Shown here: piece after piece, positions 51,112 through 63,814 of the stretch
Position numbering within the stretch: position 1 is the first letter of the stretch
Layout of the letters: every line of letters starts with the position of its first letter
Origin: Setoptus koraiensis
Lineage: Eukaryota; Animalia; Arthropoda
Direction of reading: 5' to 3'
NCBI GenBank assembly: GCA_048013815.1
Contig: CM106586.1
Location: 7,750,001-7,814,000 of the forward strand
Length of the DNA: 64,000 bases
Made by a program: the position numbers and the translations under genes
Notes under the pieces: model-generated
What the model was told of the DNA's origin: nothing
The model's database searches: none
What the model saw: the letters and a program-made list of their open reading frames with translations, nothing else

Positions 51112-52879
51112 TCAAAGTTCTAGTCCTTTGATGGCGACGGCGCCTCCGAGATAATTGAGTGTATGGCTGGAGGATCGTGAAGTCCATCTGCGATCGGATG
51201 TGGAATTTCTCGAAGAGAACCGAATTTGTTAGATCGCGCGTCAGACAGAGAAGAGAATGATATGCATCCAGCCACATTGAAATTACTCACATGTTCTTTA
51301 CCGGATCGTATGCTTCCACCAGATCAGCCCAACAGGTACAATTAACATTCCACACTTCCCTACCACCAACGGCGAAAAGTTGGTCTCCCAATACAACTAG
51401 ACTTACATTCATTCTTGGCTTTGACATGGGTGCTATTGATTGCCATTTATCTTTTTGCGGGTCGTACTTTTCGCCAGAACTTAGGGTTTCAGATCCATTC
51501 CTTCCTCCTACGACATATATTTCACCTTTGTAAGTTGTGCATCCGAATGAATGCCTGTTTGATTGCATCGGCGGGACTTCTTTCCATTCCATTCCATCTT
51601 CAGTTCGTTCAACCGACGATAAAGTCTGGTTTCCACATTCTCCCCCCATAACATAAACATTGTCGCCTAAATTTACAACGCCGCATCTATATCTGGGTGC
51701 ACGTGGGCTGCAACACTGAACCCAGTTCGAGGTTCTTGGACAAAACCACTCAGCATTTGACTGTGATGCGCTACCTCCTATTATGAAAGGACGGCCTCTC
51801 ATAGTTGCGAGGGCTAGATCATATCTGCCGAACTTTGAAGATACCGTTGGCGTAAACATTGGCGCAAACATATTGGAACGGTAATTAAAACATGCGACAT
51901 GATCTAAAGTACCACCGGCGAAGTAGATGACGTTATTCCAGACTGTTAAGGCGGAAAATTCCTGTTGAACCGTTAACATGTTCGTATTTTCCCAAATATT
52001 TTTAATCGGATCATATCTTTTAGTGGGACGACCTCCCCCAAAATAATAGAGATATGTCGGCGAGCAATCTCTTGCGTGGAGTGAACGAACATTTATGATT
52101 GGGTCAGTTACAGATGTATCAAATGGGAAGAGGAAAAATTTTTTCATCTCAGCCATATAGTTCTTGCATTTTTCTCGTGATTGGACGATTGGATCGCCGT
52201 TAGCTTTCATGAACCTCCAACCACTCATCTGGAGCCATCTAATATGACCAAGGAGATCCAACAAATGTTTATCTCTGTTATCGTGACAAGCCCATATTTT
52301 AACGACCTCGAAAAGCTGATATTCTGAGTTCAGGACAAGGTTTTCGCTCTGCACGATTTCTAGAATTTCTTCCAGTGAGAGCTCCACAATCTGCGCTCTC
52401 TCCAATTTGGCGAGATTTTTCAAAATGTAATCCTTGGACACCTGGGCAACCTCTTTGAGACTGAACTTTTCAGCATTGTGAAAAAAGTCAACGCAATTTG
52501 ATATGTTTATATTTCCTGTCAGATATTTGCCACATTTCTGCTCTAAAGAGTATATTTGCATAAATGATGCAGCTTCTAATAGAGATGGAGCATTTTTGTC
52601 GTTTATATCTATTTTTCTCGTGTACAGGTAATCTATAACCGATTTGACACTTGTAAATTCTAGATGCTCAATCTCGACATGCGATTCTCTCGATTCTCTG
52701 CAGTCCATATTTATCATGGCCTTGAAGAAGGGAGATGAGGCAGCAAGAATGAATTTGTGAGCCCCGATTTTTTCGCCGCGGACAATCACCGAAAAATCAT
52801 GTAGATTCTCGTCGGTCCTCATTTCGTCCAGTGCGAACATGGTATCTCTAAAATATTCTGAATCCTCAATATCGGCCAT
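51112..52879 (-). CDS. BTB-BACK-Kelch protein, paralog 2; exons 52879-51291 and 51187-51112
   Basis: Same architecture and the same 103-bp intron (AT|GTGAGT...CGCAG|A) as paralog 1; 77/100 identical over the first 100 aa. An in-frame upstream ATG exists at 52888. Confidence 0.9.
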
Positions 52880-53334
52880 TTTGTACATCCAGCGATGCGA
52901 TAGTTGCAGTTGAATTACAATTTTTGTATTATCTCTTATTTTACGCCCTCAATTTACATGTTAGCTATAGATGCGTCTATGGTCTTGCTGAAAGTACCAG
53001 TTGTACAAGCCACAAGTGCCTATATCTCCCGGGTCGCAGGACATGCACCGATTTAGAGAAAGTTTCACTTTCAACAGATATAATCATAATCTTGGCATCA
53101 AGAGGTGGCGCCACAGTCTGTGGCAACCAACAACATTTAGCAATATATGTATGTGTATTATGCAATCAAAAGTTGGCCATGCAATGAGTGAGTAACTGAA
53201 AAGTTAGTAAGAGGAAAAGTACTTTATTTTATCTTATCTTATAACCCTTGTTGGTTATAAATTGATGTGATCTGATTGATGTGACCAATGACAAGAAACA
53301 ACAACATTTAATAATTATTATTATGCGATCGTCC

Positions 53335-53775
53335 TCATAACTTCTCCAATGTTCTCGCTAATTCCTGTGCTCCCTTTTGGTCCAAAGAACCAATTTGTAC
53401 ATTGACATTCTTATTTCCTTTGTCATCGCTATTGGAATCGCTGTTATTATTATTATTATCTCTGTTAGTATTGTCGTTGTTGTAATTGTTGTTGTCACTG
53501 TCTCTGGCCTGTCTTCTATTGTTGTCGTTACTACTATTGTTGTTGCTATTATTGTTAGTATCGTCGTTGTTGTTATGATTGTTAGTTCCAGCACACAGTG
53601 TTGGTAAATTCAGTGAGAGGCCCATACTGACTCCGGCCGCATGGACCTCATTATGATAATTACTGTCGCTAATTAATAAAGCAAAAGTAATCAAGATTAT
53701 GTTGACCATCGACAATGTCAACAACAATGACACTCGTGGGGTCAATAGTCGTGGTTGTTGTCTACTCATGACCAT
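53335..53775 (-). CDS. Orphan Asn-rich protein with predicted signal peptide/anchor, 146 aa
   Basis: Hydrophobic VSLLLTLSMVNIILITFALLIS then VHA|AG cleavage-like site. An acceptor-like CTTATAACTAG lies 5 nt before the ATG. No family recognised. Confidence 0.55.
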   Translation of the reverse strand: MVMSRQQPRLLTPRVSLLLTLSMVNIILITFALLISDSNYHNEVHAAGVSMGLSLNLPTLCAGTNNHNNNDDTNNNSNNNSSNDNNRRQARDSDNNNYNNDNTNRDNNNNNSDSNSDDKGNKNVNVQIGSLDQKGAQELARTLEKL

Positions 53776-55247
53776 TATATCTAGTTATAAGATCTAGTTA
53801 TGTAAGCACATAAACAAACAACTGCTCCAAATAATTGATTTAATTATTTCTGTTTTCTTATCTCGCAATCAGTATCACTATCACATGGATGATGGTAACT
53901 ATGCACTTGCTTCTCTATCAACTAAATTAAGCTGGTAGAGGTGCCGATCGAAAATGCTCGTCATTTCCACTCGCCACAACACATCCCATCAGTTTCACAA
54001 CAACAACAACAACAACAACACATCACATCAGTTATAAATGGCTATTAATAGTTATGTCTCGACAAACAAGGACCGTTGTCATCTAACTATTTGTTATGCA
54101 GCGTCTATATTTAGCATGTTTATTTGAATAATTGCACGCTCGAAAATCAACCAAACATTGCGTTGACATATGGACGACGAGATATCGGATCGGCCGACTA
54201 TTGTCATGGGTGAAATATTGGCTATATATTGATTGTTCAATTGACAATTGTGAGATGCAAACGCCAAGTCTCGTTTCAATTGAGTCCCTCATTGAGTCCA
54301 TCGAGTGAGTGCCAGTAGGTGACCAATTGCAATATCTCACCATGGAAAATTATCGTCTCTTAGCAAAGTAAATAGTACAGCGAGTAGTAAGCGAGCTCAA
54401 TGTCACTGGCATAAATAATCAACATTCGCAAATGATCATCAGATTCATTATCAGCTGGGTGCTGATATTGAATTCATGTGTTACCATTCATTAGCTTGCA
54501 TTTATATATCATATGCCAGAAATAGTCAGCTTCCCCGAACATGTCCGCCTGCATACATACATACGGTTACGTAATGGCGTGTGATGGCCAGTGAAAGCAT
54601 TAGCCATTGCCATCGCTATCGCATAATTATCATTATGCATGGGGTTAGAATGGCATGGTCAGATAAAAGAAAGGAGTTTACCCAAAGAAAGAGTTGCCAT
54701 TACGTAAGCGGGCCAAGGAATGGAATTATACTTTCACCATTAACACACACACACACATACACTTTGCTCACTTGTTATGCTCACTTGATTCTCCGAAAGT
54801 TAGTCAGAAAAGTTGCATACAAACGTTATTTCGAGTAACGTTGATTCGAGCAGTAATCGAGTCAACAATAATAAGATAGTGCAACAATGCAAGCCATCAA
54901 TGTCGAGCATCAACACAAAGCAAATTGTTCTTGTTGCTTCCATCAAAACAACAAATTCCACTCATTTGTCGTAGTATCGTTTTGGCAAGCTCTCTATAAA
55001 TGTCTCTTATTAATGTTTGTTGTTGTTGAGCAACAACTAATATTTATTTCAATGGCAACTTGTGCGCGCGTTGAAGCAGCTCGTCTGGCAATTAAAATTG
55101 ATGATTCAATTGAACTGAATCGCGCCTACCTCAACTCGATTAGCGAAGGCTAGTGGTTGTGTGTGCTTGCCAACACACACGACAGACTTGTTTGAATGGA
55201 ATTCAATTCACCAAGCTAGCAAGGTCAAATATTCTATCCTGGTTATA

Positions 55248-55330
55248 CCTGGATATATCTGGATATATCTAGGTATGCCTGGATATGCCTGGATATGCCT
55301 GGATATATCTGGATATGTCTGGATATCTGA
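55248..55330 (+). repeat. Tandem 10-mer (CTGGATATRY) array
   Basis: Direct inspection. Confidence 0.85.
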
Positions 55331-58300
55331 ATATCTATTCTAATAATAACGGTTTCATGTTGTTAATCTTCTCCGCTTGGCTATTCTCGAGCCGCCAGGC
55401 GTTCGACGAGAATAGACGGATGGCTATTAAAAGAACTGGCTGGCTTTTTCTTTTCTCGCTTTCGCTACTCGAAATAAACTGTGCCATTGGTTAGTTCCCT
55501 CTTGCATTCGTTATCCTGACTGGTTCTCATTCGGCCAGCCATACTCGTGGCTGGCCAGAGATAGCCTAAAGAGCGACAGTCAAATATAGATATTTAGAGA
55601 AAGGGAAGTGAGTCGAGAAGAACAATAATAGTTTCGGGAGGCGCCTCGGCAAACAGGGAAAGCGGCACACTTGCCAGTCTTGTTCCTTGTTTAGTCAGGC
55701 AGCCAGCCAACTGGCAAACAACAAGTTTGCTAGTCACAAGTTGTATAACGCTGTTGCCAGCGAGCTAACCAGTTTTGCCACTTGCTCGTGGAATGAGACA
55801 AAACAAACGCGTGCATGTTATTTTATCTTGCATAAATATCAAACAAGAATCTGCTGATTCGATAATAATCCTTTGAATTGAATTATCTCTCTTTTCTTCG
55901 TTCGCTCAATATTCTTTCTCTATTGATACCTGAGCGCATGATAGCGCGATTGTTCTCCCCCAGAGCTCACGCTAATCGCTGGCACAATAGGCCATGGTCT
56001 CGTCAGCAAGATCATGCCAGGCATAATATCATAGGGCAGCATTGGCTAGGATTGCGTGCGACTCGTTCGTTGCTTCATTCATTGATTCATTCATGATTCA
56101 TTGCCAGTACGGTATTGCCAGCGTAATTATATCGAAATCGATTTTTTGTTATTTTATTAATTTAGTAACTTGCCAATCAATCACGGGTGACGCCACATCT
56201 GGCAAGCCGGGCCCGTGTGGCTGCTCGAAGCAGATTTGGCTCGCCGGGCTCACTCCCGGCTTATCTGGCGCCAATCTCACAATATTGTGATGCTGCTGTT
56301 GTTGTTGTTGTCTGACATTGCTGTTGCGAGAAGATATCACACTTTGAGAAAAACATCCACAAATCAACAGTGAAACAAGCGAGGCTCAACTGTCATATAT
56401 AAAAACACACGACACACACGAACACAACTACTTAAACGACAATTATCCATGTATGAGTACATAATGAAATCTGACAATTCCGATAACGACAGACGATCCT
56501 TAGAGCCTTTCGAGCAGGTGTGAGGGGAAAGAGCGAAATTATCATTTGATACGACGACAAAACAACAACTTGTTGTCGTTGTTGTTGTTGTTGTTGTTGT
56601 TTTGGCTGTTGTTGTTTTGTCGTCGTGGTAGCTGTTGCAGTTAACTAGGCGGCCAACTAGTTATGGTGATGGCAAAGTTCAACTGTGAGATACTGTAAGT
56701 GTTAGTGTCTCCCTATAGAATCTCTATTAGAATCGCTGAATAGGTAATTATAAAGTTAGTGCAGATATTACGTCATCGTGGTAATAGTTTATCTCTCTTC
56801 TTTTGGGAGTTTCTTCATTCTAACATTGTACACTGGCTCTGCGTACACTTGAACTACTAACAAAACCAACAAACACTGTTTTTTCTATTTATACAACCGG
56901 CTCTCTCCCTCTAGTAGAGAGTCTCTATCCACAGCGATAGTAATGTTGTTGTTGTTCTAAGGAGCGCCCCATCGAGCCAAATTACTAACTAACTAGCGAG
57001 TCAGCCACCAATATCAACAACTCTATCATGACTCATTTGGTCTGATGTCATTCAATGGAAAAACAACAACAACCATCAAACTTTTGCATAAGTCGTTGAT
57101 CGCATTACCATCCAGCATACTGCTTACAGAGAAGCGGTTTTGTGTCATCTTGTTTCATCACTTGCCAGCTTACATTAACATTAGCTAGTATTAGTGCCAG
57201 CGATAATACGCTGTGATTGACGGCTGATTGGCATCTCCATATCTCACAATATCTTTGTTAGCCCGGCTTGGATGGCTGAGATACGAAGAGCCAACCAAGC
57301 TGTAGCCCGTATAAACAATGGCCATAGTAAAATGGCGCACAAGATGGCTAGAAGAGCAGGCAAACAATTTGTCGTATCGGAATAATAATTATAATAGAAT
57401 TAATCTGTCAATGGTGTTCGGTTGCAGATGATCATGGCATTGTCATGTAAAGATAAATTGTGATTTGCCCACCATTTGTCGCCGCCGACATTCAATGACT
57501 GGCTATGGCGAGCTAGTGCTGTCGGCACCGCATCAGCGCAGTATTCGGCAGTCGGCAATCGGCGATGATTGTAAATGTATAATAATGATAGTATAATCCC
57601 AATAATAAACTAATCTGTCGGCACCGATGAACCGTCTGCCATAGGCGCTGACTAGACACCAGACTCCAGTGACAAGACTCTAGTGACTGGTGAGATATTG
57701 TGTCTCACTAGCAATTGTCAAGATAGTTGTGAATGTCAAGACGACAAGCTAGACAGGTTGACACACTCGGTGAATGTCAACATGGGCATCTGAGCAAAGA
57801 TAAGATTGATGCTAGTTCGATTGAGTGCAATCTGTGGCAAGATATGCAAGATCCATGTGCTTTGGATGATCACATCACGATAGAGGACTGATTACAATCA
57901 TTTACATTATCATTATTATTATTATCATCATCATAATTGTTATTGCTATTTCTGCGACAACACGACGCCACCAATTGAACACAATCTACTCGACATGAAA
58001 GTGTCCAGAAATAAAAGGTGTCGCTAGCAAGATTGCGAGAGTTTTGTTGCAAGCAACTTGCAACAAAGCCGCCGCATTGTTGCCATTGACTCGTCGCAGC
58101 AAAAACAACAGAATTCATTTCAATTTTTCTTTTTTAATTTAACATCTTTTTATTATTCCTTCTATCGTCGACGTTTGCGTCACCTTGTCAAAAACACACG
58201 ACGGAATTATTCCGGCGGAATACCCATCGTTCATCCTGTGCAGTTACCTGTGGAAAGCACCGCAACGCCTGCGAGATAGTTGTTGCGATTCGCAAGCTGA

Positions 58301-58420
58301 ATATCAAGCTCTAAGACAAGTGTCAAGTTGGAAAAGGTCCTTACAGGTGTATGTGTTGTAACTGTTGATTGCCGCGAGGGTGTGTGCTTACAGATTTCTT
58401 TCTAATGAGGCGATTCTTAC

Positions 58421-58729
58421 AGAGCTCGGCGAGCTGAGTACGAATCTGATAACCGTTTACCCGTTTTTCCCCTATTTCTGAGATATCATCCGGAATGCTC
58501 GTGAAATGAGTGCGTCTTCTACTGTACGAGAGCAGCCATGTTCAGCGCACTAATTTATAAAAGCAGGCAGAGGCGAACATTTTGCAATAAATGTGCGCTA
58601 GCGTCGCCCGTATTTGAGCGTATGTCACGCACGTTTTTTGAAAAATGGATGAAATTTCGGATGACATTTCAGAAAAACGCGAAAAACGGGTGAACGGTCA
58701 TCAGATTCGCGCTAAACTCGCCGGAATCT
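58421..58729. mobile_element. Degenerate MITE/foldback element with 76-bp terminal inverted repeats
   Basis: 58421-58496 aligns without gaps to the reverse complement of 58654-58729 at 61/76 positions; 157-bp non-coding spacer. The left flank reads TA|CAG (Tc1/mariner-like) but the right end is degenerate. Confidence 0.7.
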
Positions 58730-60639
58730 ATGGGCATAGATCCATTAGAAAAGAATCAGAGAGGCCTCATCAGTCAACAAGTGTCAATAAGTAACGTAAA
58801 GATATTGCGTCTGGCAATATAATATAAGTGATTTTTACAGGTGTGCTATCACTACTACCTGCTAGCTAGTGGTTTAAGCATATGGTAGTGGCTGACGACA
58901 CAACAAGTGTTATGAATAGTACAGTTGGAGTGAGCACTTGTGAATATTCACATGCGGTGTGTTGCGGTGTGCGATATGTATATGAGTATGTGATTTGCGC
59001 GAATACACAAATTGCTATACACTAAACAAATATTCGACGATGATGACGATGCTAATTTAGCGGCTTCTTGTAAGATGCACGAAGTATTGATGGATAAATA
59101 AATAAGTATCAATGTTGCTCGGTTCGGTTCAATGACGTGGCTGGCTTGTTGCGAATTCGTTGTGACGCTAGCTCTATGTCTGTCTACTGCCTGACATTTG
59201 TGAGATCGCAATAGACAGAGAAGGGGGCGATGCGAGGCATCGACTCTAGTGGTGAGTCGCCCAGCAAGTGAGCGACTCGCGATGTGCGGACTGTGTAGAC
59301 CAACCACGATAATGTGCGATATGACCGGCTATTTGGGGCTGTTTGGGGCTGTTTGGAGCTACTTGGCCCACACAATGGGGGCGTGAGAGTGCAAGAGTCA
59401 ATAATCTGACGCGGCGTCATGGTCGCTAGAGTTGACAGCTCGTACCATCTTTGGCAACCTCTGTAACTAGCAATTTGCGGTTAGCAAACTGACAAATTGC
59501 ACACTGGCCGAGGCTTGTTAGTTGCGCAAGAGTTGCTAGCAACCGACTGTTGGATCAGTCAAGTTGAATGGTTAAAATAATGCATCTCACGTTCAATGTC
59601 TAATGCAATAACGACATCTGCTGTTGCTCACTTCATGTTGTCCTATTATGTGTGTGTGTGTCGTGCTGTTTAGCGAGACACAAGCACAACAGCAACAGCC
59701 GCAACAACAGCAGCAACAACAACAACAACAACAATCAATCTATCAATCGCTTACATGGACCGATGATTGCATCATTGAGTAGGGTGTGGGCAGAGGAGTT
59801 GACTAATGGGCTGGCTCTGGCTGGCAATGCGGCTTTTCTATCTATCGTACACACAGTACAGTACAGGGATATCTAGAGAGAGAGAGAGATGGTGCATGAT
59901 AGATAGATAAAGTGAAAATAACGACAGCGAATAAGAAGAATTTGCAGCCAAACCAGCCATGTGACTGCGCTCTGCCAGACTGTGTGCCGGCTGTGTCGGC
60001 ACAGCCGAGCACAGACTGTGCCCGGCGACGCTGGTGACAGGCGCGCGGCGATTCACAGTTTGTCGGCGAGAGTGGCACAGTTTGTCAGTCAATGCGGGCG
60101 AATTGCCTCATCAATGATTGTGTGCGTGCGTGTGTGTGTGTGTGTTGTCGCCGGCAACGGGCGTTCGTTAGCACAATCCGATGCAGCAGCAGCAGCAGCG
60201 ATGCAGCAGCAACGATGCATGAGCCGCGTTGGACGCTGGATGCGCTGTTCGATGTGCGCCGCATGCTCGCACTGGCGAGTGCGGCAATTATTCGACAAGA
60301 GAGATTCGTTGAACAGAAGCAGCGGCGGCGGCGGCGGCAGTGCCAACTAATGCAAGAACTAACACGACTAATAGAACTAATGCAACCAGCACAACCGAGC
60401 CTACAACTGCAGCGCGGCGGCCGTAGCATAGCTTTGGTACGCAAACACACACACACACACACACTCTGGTACAACACAGTGCTGCCTGTAGCCTGTAACG
60501 CTAGCGCACGTCGACTGATTTACCAGCATTGACGCACGCACACACACGCACACGCCGTCGAACTAAATTACAAACGCACACACTCACACCGCGCACACAC
60601 ACACACACACACAGGCGACACATTCTTCATCTTCTTCTC

Positions 60640-60742
60640 TCCTCGACTGCAACGACTGCAACGACTGCAACTACTGCAACTGCTGCAACTGCTGCAACGA
60701 CTGCGACGACTGCGACGACTGCAACTGCTGCAACTACTGCGA
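60640..60742 (+). repeat. Tandem 9-mer (ACTGCAACG-like) x~11
   Basis: Direct inspection. Confidence 0.85.
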
Positions 60743-61280
60743 CCACACGACGACCATACGACGACCATACAACAATCGCACAACAATCATACGACCATAG
60801 TGAAGACTTTGCAACGAGCCTGCAACAACCGCACAACAACCGCACCACAACAGCGCCAACAACAACTGCAACTAGCGACGACTATACTCAAAGTGTAACA
60901 GCATGTGCGAGCGGTGTGAATGATAAGCATCGTGACGATGATATCACTATCGCACATATTCCATTAGCACTGTCGCGCACCATAGTTTAGGTAACCTTTA
61001 GTTAGAACGTTTAGTTGTGTCATAGTTTGTGTCGTCGCTCGTCGTTTGTATTTAATTATTATTTTATTATTACTATTATTATTATTATTATCATCATCAC
61101 TGTCGCCGCTATTACGCGATTATATTGCGCCAGTTGCACTCCATTTTAGTTGACTACTGTCAGTTGGCCACTTAACCACCTCACCAGCATACTCAAACTT
61201 GCACTCGCACTCGATATTATATCGATATTATATCGATATTATATATTTTTATACAATCACAATCACAACCACACCACAAC

Positions 61281-63053
61281 ATGATCAAATGGAAACACCT
61301 GGCGTTCGGGGCCGGCGTCCTATTCGGCATTCTGCTACTCGTTGTGGGCATCTTAGAGCCCCTCATCATACCCTTCATATTTGAGGGCCGCATAAAGGAG
61401 AGGCTGCCACTCAAGAACAACACCGAAGCCTATGAGCGATTTACACGCTCCAAAGTTCCTATTCATGCCAGCATATACCTCTTCAATGTAACAAACGTAG
61501 AACAAGTGCAACAGGGAGCAAAGCCAAAGCTACAACAAGTTGGACCATTTTCTTTCACTGAAACGAGACGCAAAGAAGTGACAGCCATCAAGGACAACGA
61601 GCAAACGCTCGACTACAAGCTCACCAGAACGTGGCACTTCGACGAGCAAAACTCAACGTCGCTCAACTCAATCATCACCTTGCCAAACGTGCCCGTCTTC
61701 GTAAGCATCGCCAACATCCCCCTGCCACTCGTTGCAACCCATGACACCATCCAATTAGCAACCTAATTAACCACTCACCCCCATTTTCTCTCTGTATTCC
61801 GACGCATTCCGGCACTCCGACGCGTTCCGACACTCCGACGCGTTCCGACACTCCGACGCGTTCCGACACTCCGACGCATTCCCACACACCCGCCACATAC
61901 GCATACATGCCAACAGGCGGCCCTCTACAAGGTCAAGGAGAAGAGTCTTGAGGAAGAGACGGACATCTCATACAACGTGATCACAGAGGCTGTGTCCAAC
62001 GAGAGCCTCTATCTCACCAACACCGCCGACGCGTTTCTATTTAAGGGCATGAGAATGGGATTCTTGGATGATTTAGAGGCAAAGGGCGTCCTTCCCGACG
62101 ACGCTCCTCCAAATAACACATTTGGTTTCTATTATGGAAAAAACAATACTTGGGACAAAGAAAGTGATGGTATTATATCCTTGTCCACTGGTGTTGATGG
62201 AGATTTTGCCAACATTGGCAAGGTCACTGCCTGGAATGGAAAAAAAACCATGAGCTTCTGGAAGCCAGTCAACAGCCAGTGTAACACATTTAAAGGGACT
62301 GATGGGCAATTTTTTCATCCCAGTATTAAGAAAGACGAAAAGTTAGATATATTCGCGCCTGATCTCTGCCGAACATTGACTATTGAATATCTCAAAACGG
62401 TCTCTATCAGAAGTATAGAACTTTATAGATTTGGTATATCGCCTTCATTCTTTAAGCCAGCAGATTCATTGAATGAAACCAAGTGCTACTGTGTTAAAAG
62501 AGGTCAAGACATTTGCAAACATGGTGGCGTTATTGATGCCGCTGGTTGCCGCAAGAAACCCATCGTAGTATCCACGCCACATTTTTACAATGGTGATGAC
62601 GCTCTCAGGGACAAATTTGAGGGTCTTGAACCCTCGCAAGCCGACCATGATACATATATCGACATAGAACCTATGACTGGTAACGTCTTGAGGGCAAGAA
62701 GAAGATTGCAAGTTAATTTAGCAATGAAAAGTTATGACGGGGTGCCAATGACAAGTTTCCTAGCGAAAAGCTCCTCCTTAATCCATCCAATATTATATAT
62801 TGATCAAAATGCCGTCATACCAGATGATCTAGCACAAAAGCTTGAGAGTAAATTAACTAAAAAAGTTAGAATGGCACGTATATTTTTGTATGCTGCACTA
62901 TTTACAGGACCCATCATATTAGTGGCGGCATTAATATTTATATGTTTGGACGTTCGTTCTACAGACAAAAAAGGTAGAGCGAAAAAAGTTGCACAAGACA
63001 CAGGTGGTGATTACCAAGTTGTTGCTTTGAAGCCAGTCAAAGAACAAAACTAG
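61281..63053 (+). CDS. CD36 / scavenger receptor class B family protein; exons 61281-61700 and 61917-63053
   Basis: Two terminal TM helices; motifs YLFNVTNVEQV..GAKPKLQQVGPFSF, FKGTDGQFFHP, FAPDLCR, STPHFYNGD, IEPMTG...RRLQVN. Donor TTC|GTAAGC and acceptor AACAG|GCG. Confidence 0.95.
61800..61880 (+). repeat. Tandem 18-mer (CGACGCGTTCCGACACTC) x~4 in the CD36 intron
   Basis: Direct inspection. Confidence 0.9.
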
Positions 63054-63206
63054 ATTGCTATGTGAGCATAGCAAAATCGTTGTGGCTTTTTTTCTATGTG
63101 AGAGAGATGTAAAAACTGGAATTCAGTAAATAAAAATTAAAACATTACTGTCGATTCGATTAAATTATCATGAATTTAGGAAATCAGCACTGACTGTTCA
63201 ACTTAC

Positions 63207-63814
63207 CCCTTCAAGTATCGATGCGACATCACGACCCAACCAGAAAGGATATACAGCTTCAACACGACAAACTGTATCAAATAAGTATTACTCGTTCGCT
63301 GGATGTTATGATGGTCTAAAAAATACAATCAAGGATTAGCTTCACAAAACTATGTGAATAATCATCATATTGTGAATCGAATAACAACCAATACCTACCA
63401 GCCATCATCTCGTACATCAAGACTGCCTGAGCCCACAAATCAATTCCATGCAGAACTTCCGGACGTGTAAAGTCCTGTGTATCTATGAATGAAAGGTAAT
63501 TGTCTAGCTTCAAGTTAGCGCGTTTGTGATGGAACATCAGAGCTAAGGTGACCTCAGCAGCATAAAACTTTGCTTCATTTTCGTCGTATTCAAGCGCTTT
63601 TTGTGTCTGAAACATTGGATCAAAACCATTGACGTATTCGATGGCTAAAATAATCTATCGGCAGTTTCATGATTGATCATATCGTTTTACTCATACCTCA
63701 AATAAATTCTTGGCAATGAGCGCGAAAGGCTGATTGCATAGACATGGTGTCTTTGAATTCATGTCCATTGAAAATGTGCTTTCACCTATTCGAACCAAGC
63801 TTCTTAATGAATTC
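63207..63814 (-). pseudogene. Novel-class protein kinase C (PKC epsilon/eta, Pkc98E-like) pseudogene
   Basis: C1A relic HIFNGHEF...AHCQEFI*G; kinase relics DRLF/..EYVNGFDPMFQ, FYAAEVTLALMF, NLKLDN, LMYEMMAG, VYPFWLGRDVASILEG. Stops, a frameshift, loss of HRD and DFG, and large internal deletions. Confidence 0.85.

Noticed and set aside
57649-57712. TGACTAGA seed resembling the miR-279 family
   Set aside because: No complementary 5' arm upstream; hairpin geometry does not fit.
59961-60532. Protein-like ORFs upstream of CD36 (MHEPRWTLDALF… and MSRVGRWMRC…)
   Set aside because: Two overlapping frames look equally plausible, both run into simple repeats, and no homology was recognised.
63316-63615. 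99-aa ORF as a functional kinase
   Set aside because: It lacks HRD and DFG motifs and is flanked by frameshifted and stop-containing PKC relics; annotated as a pseudogene.
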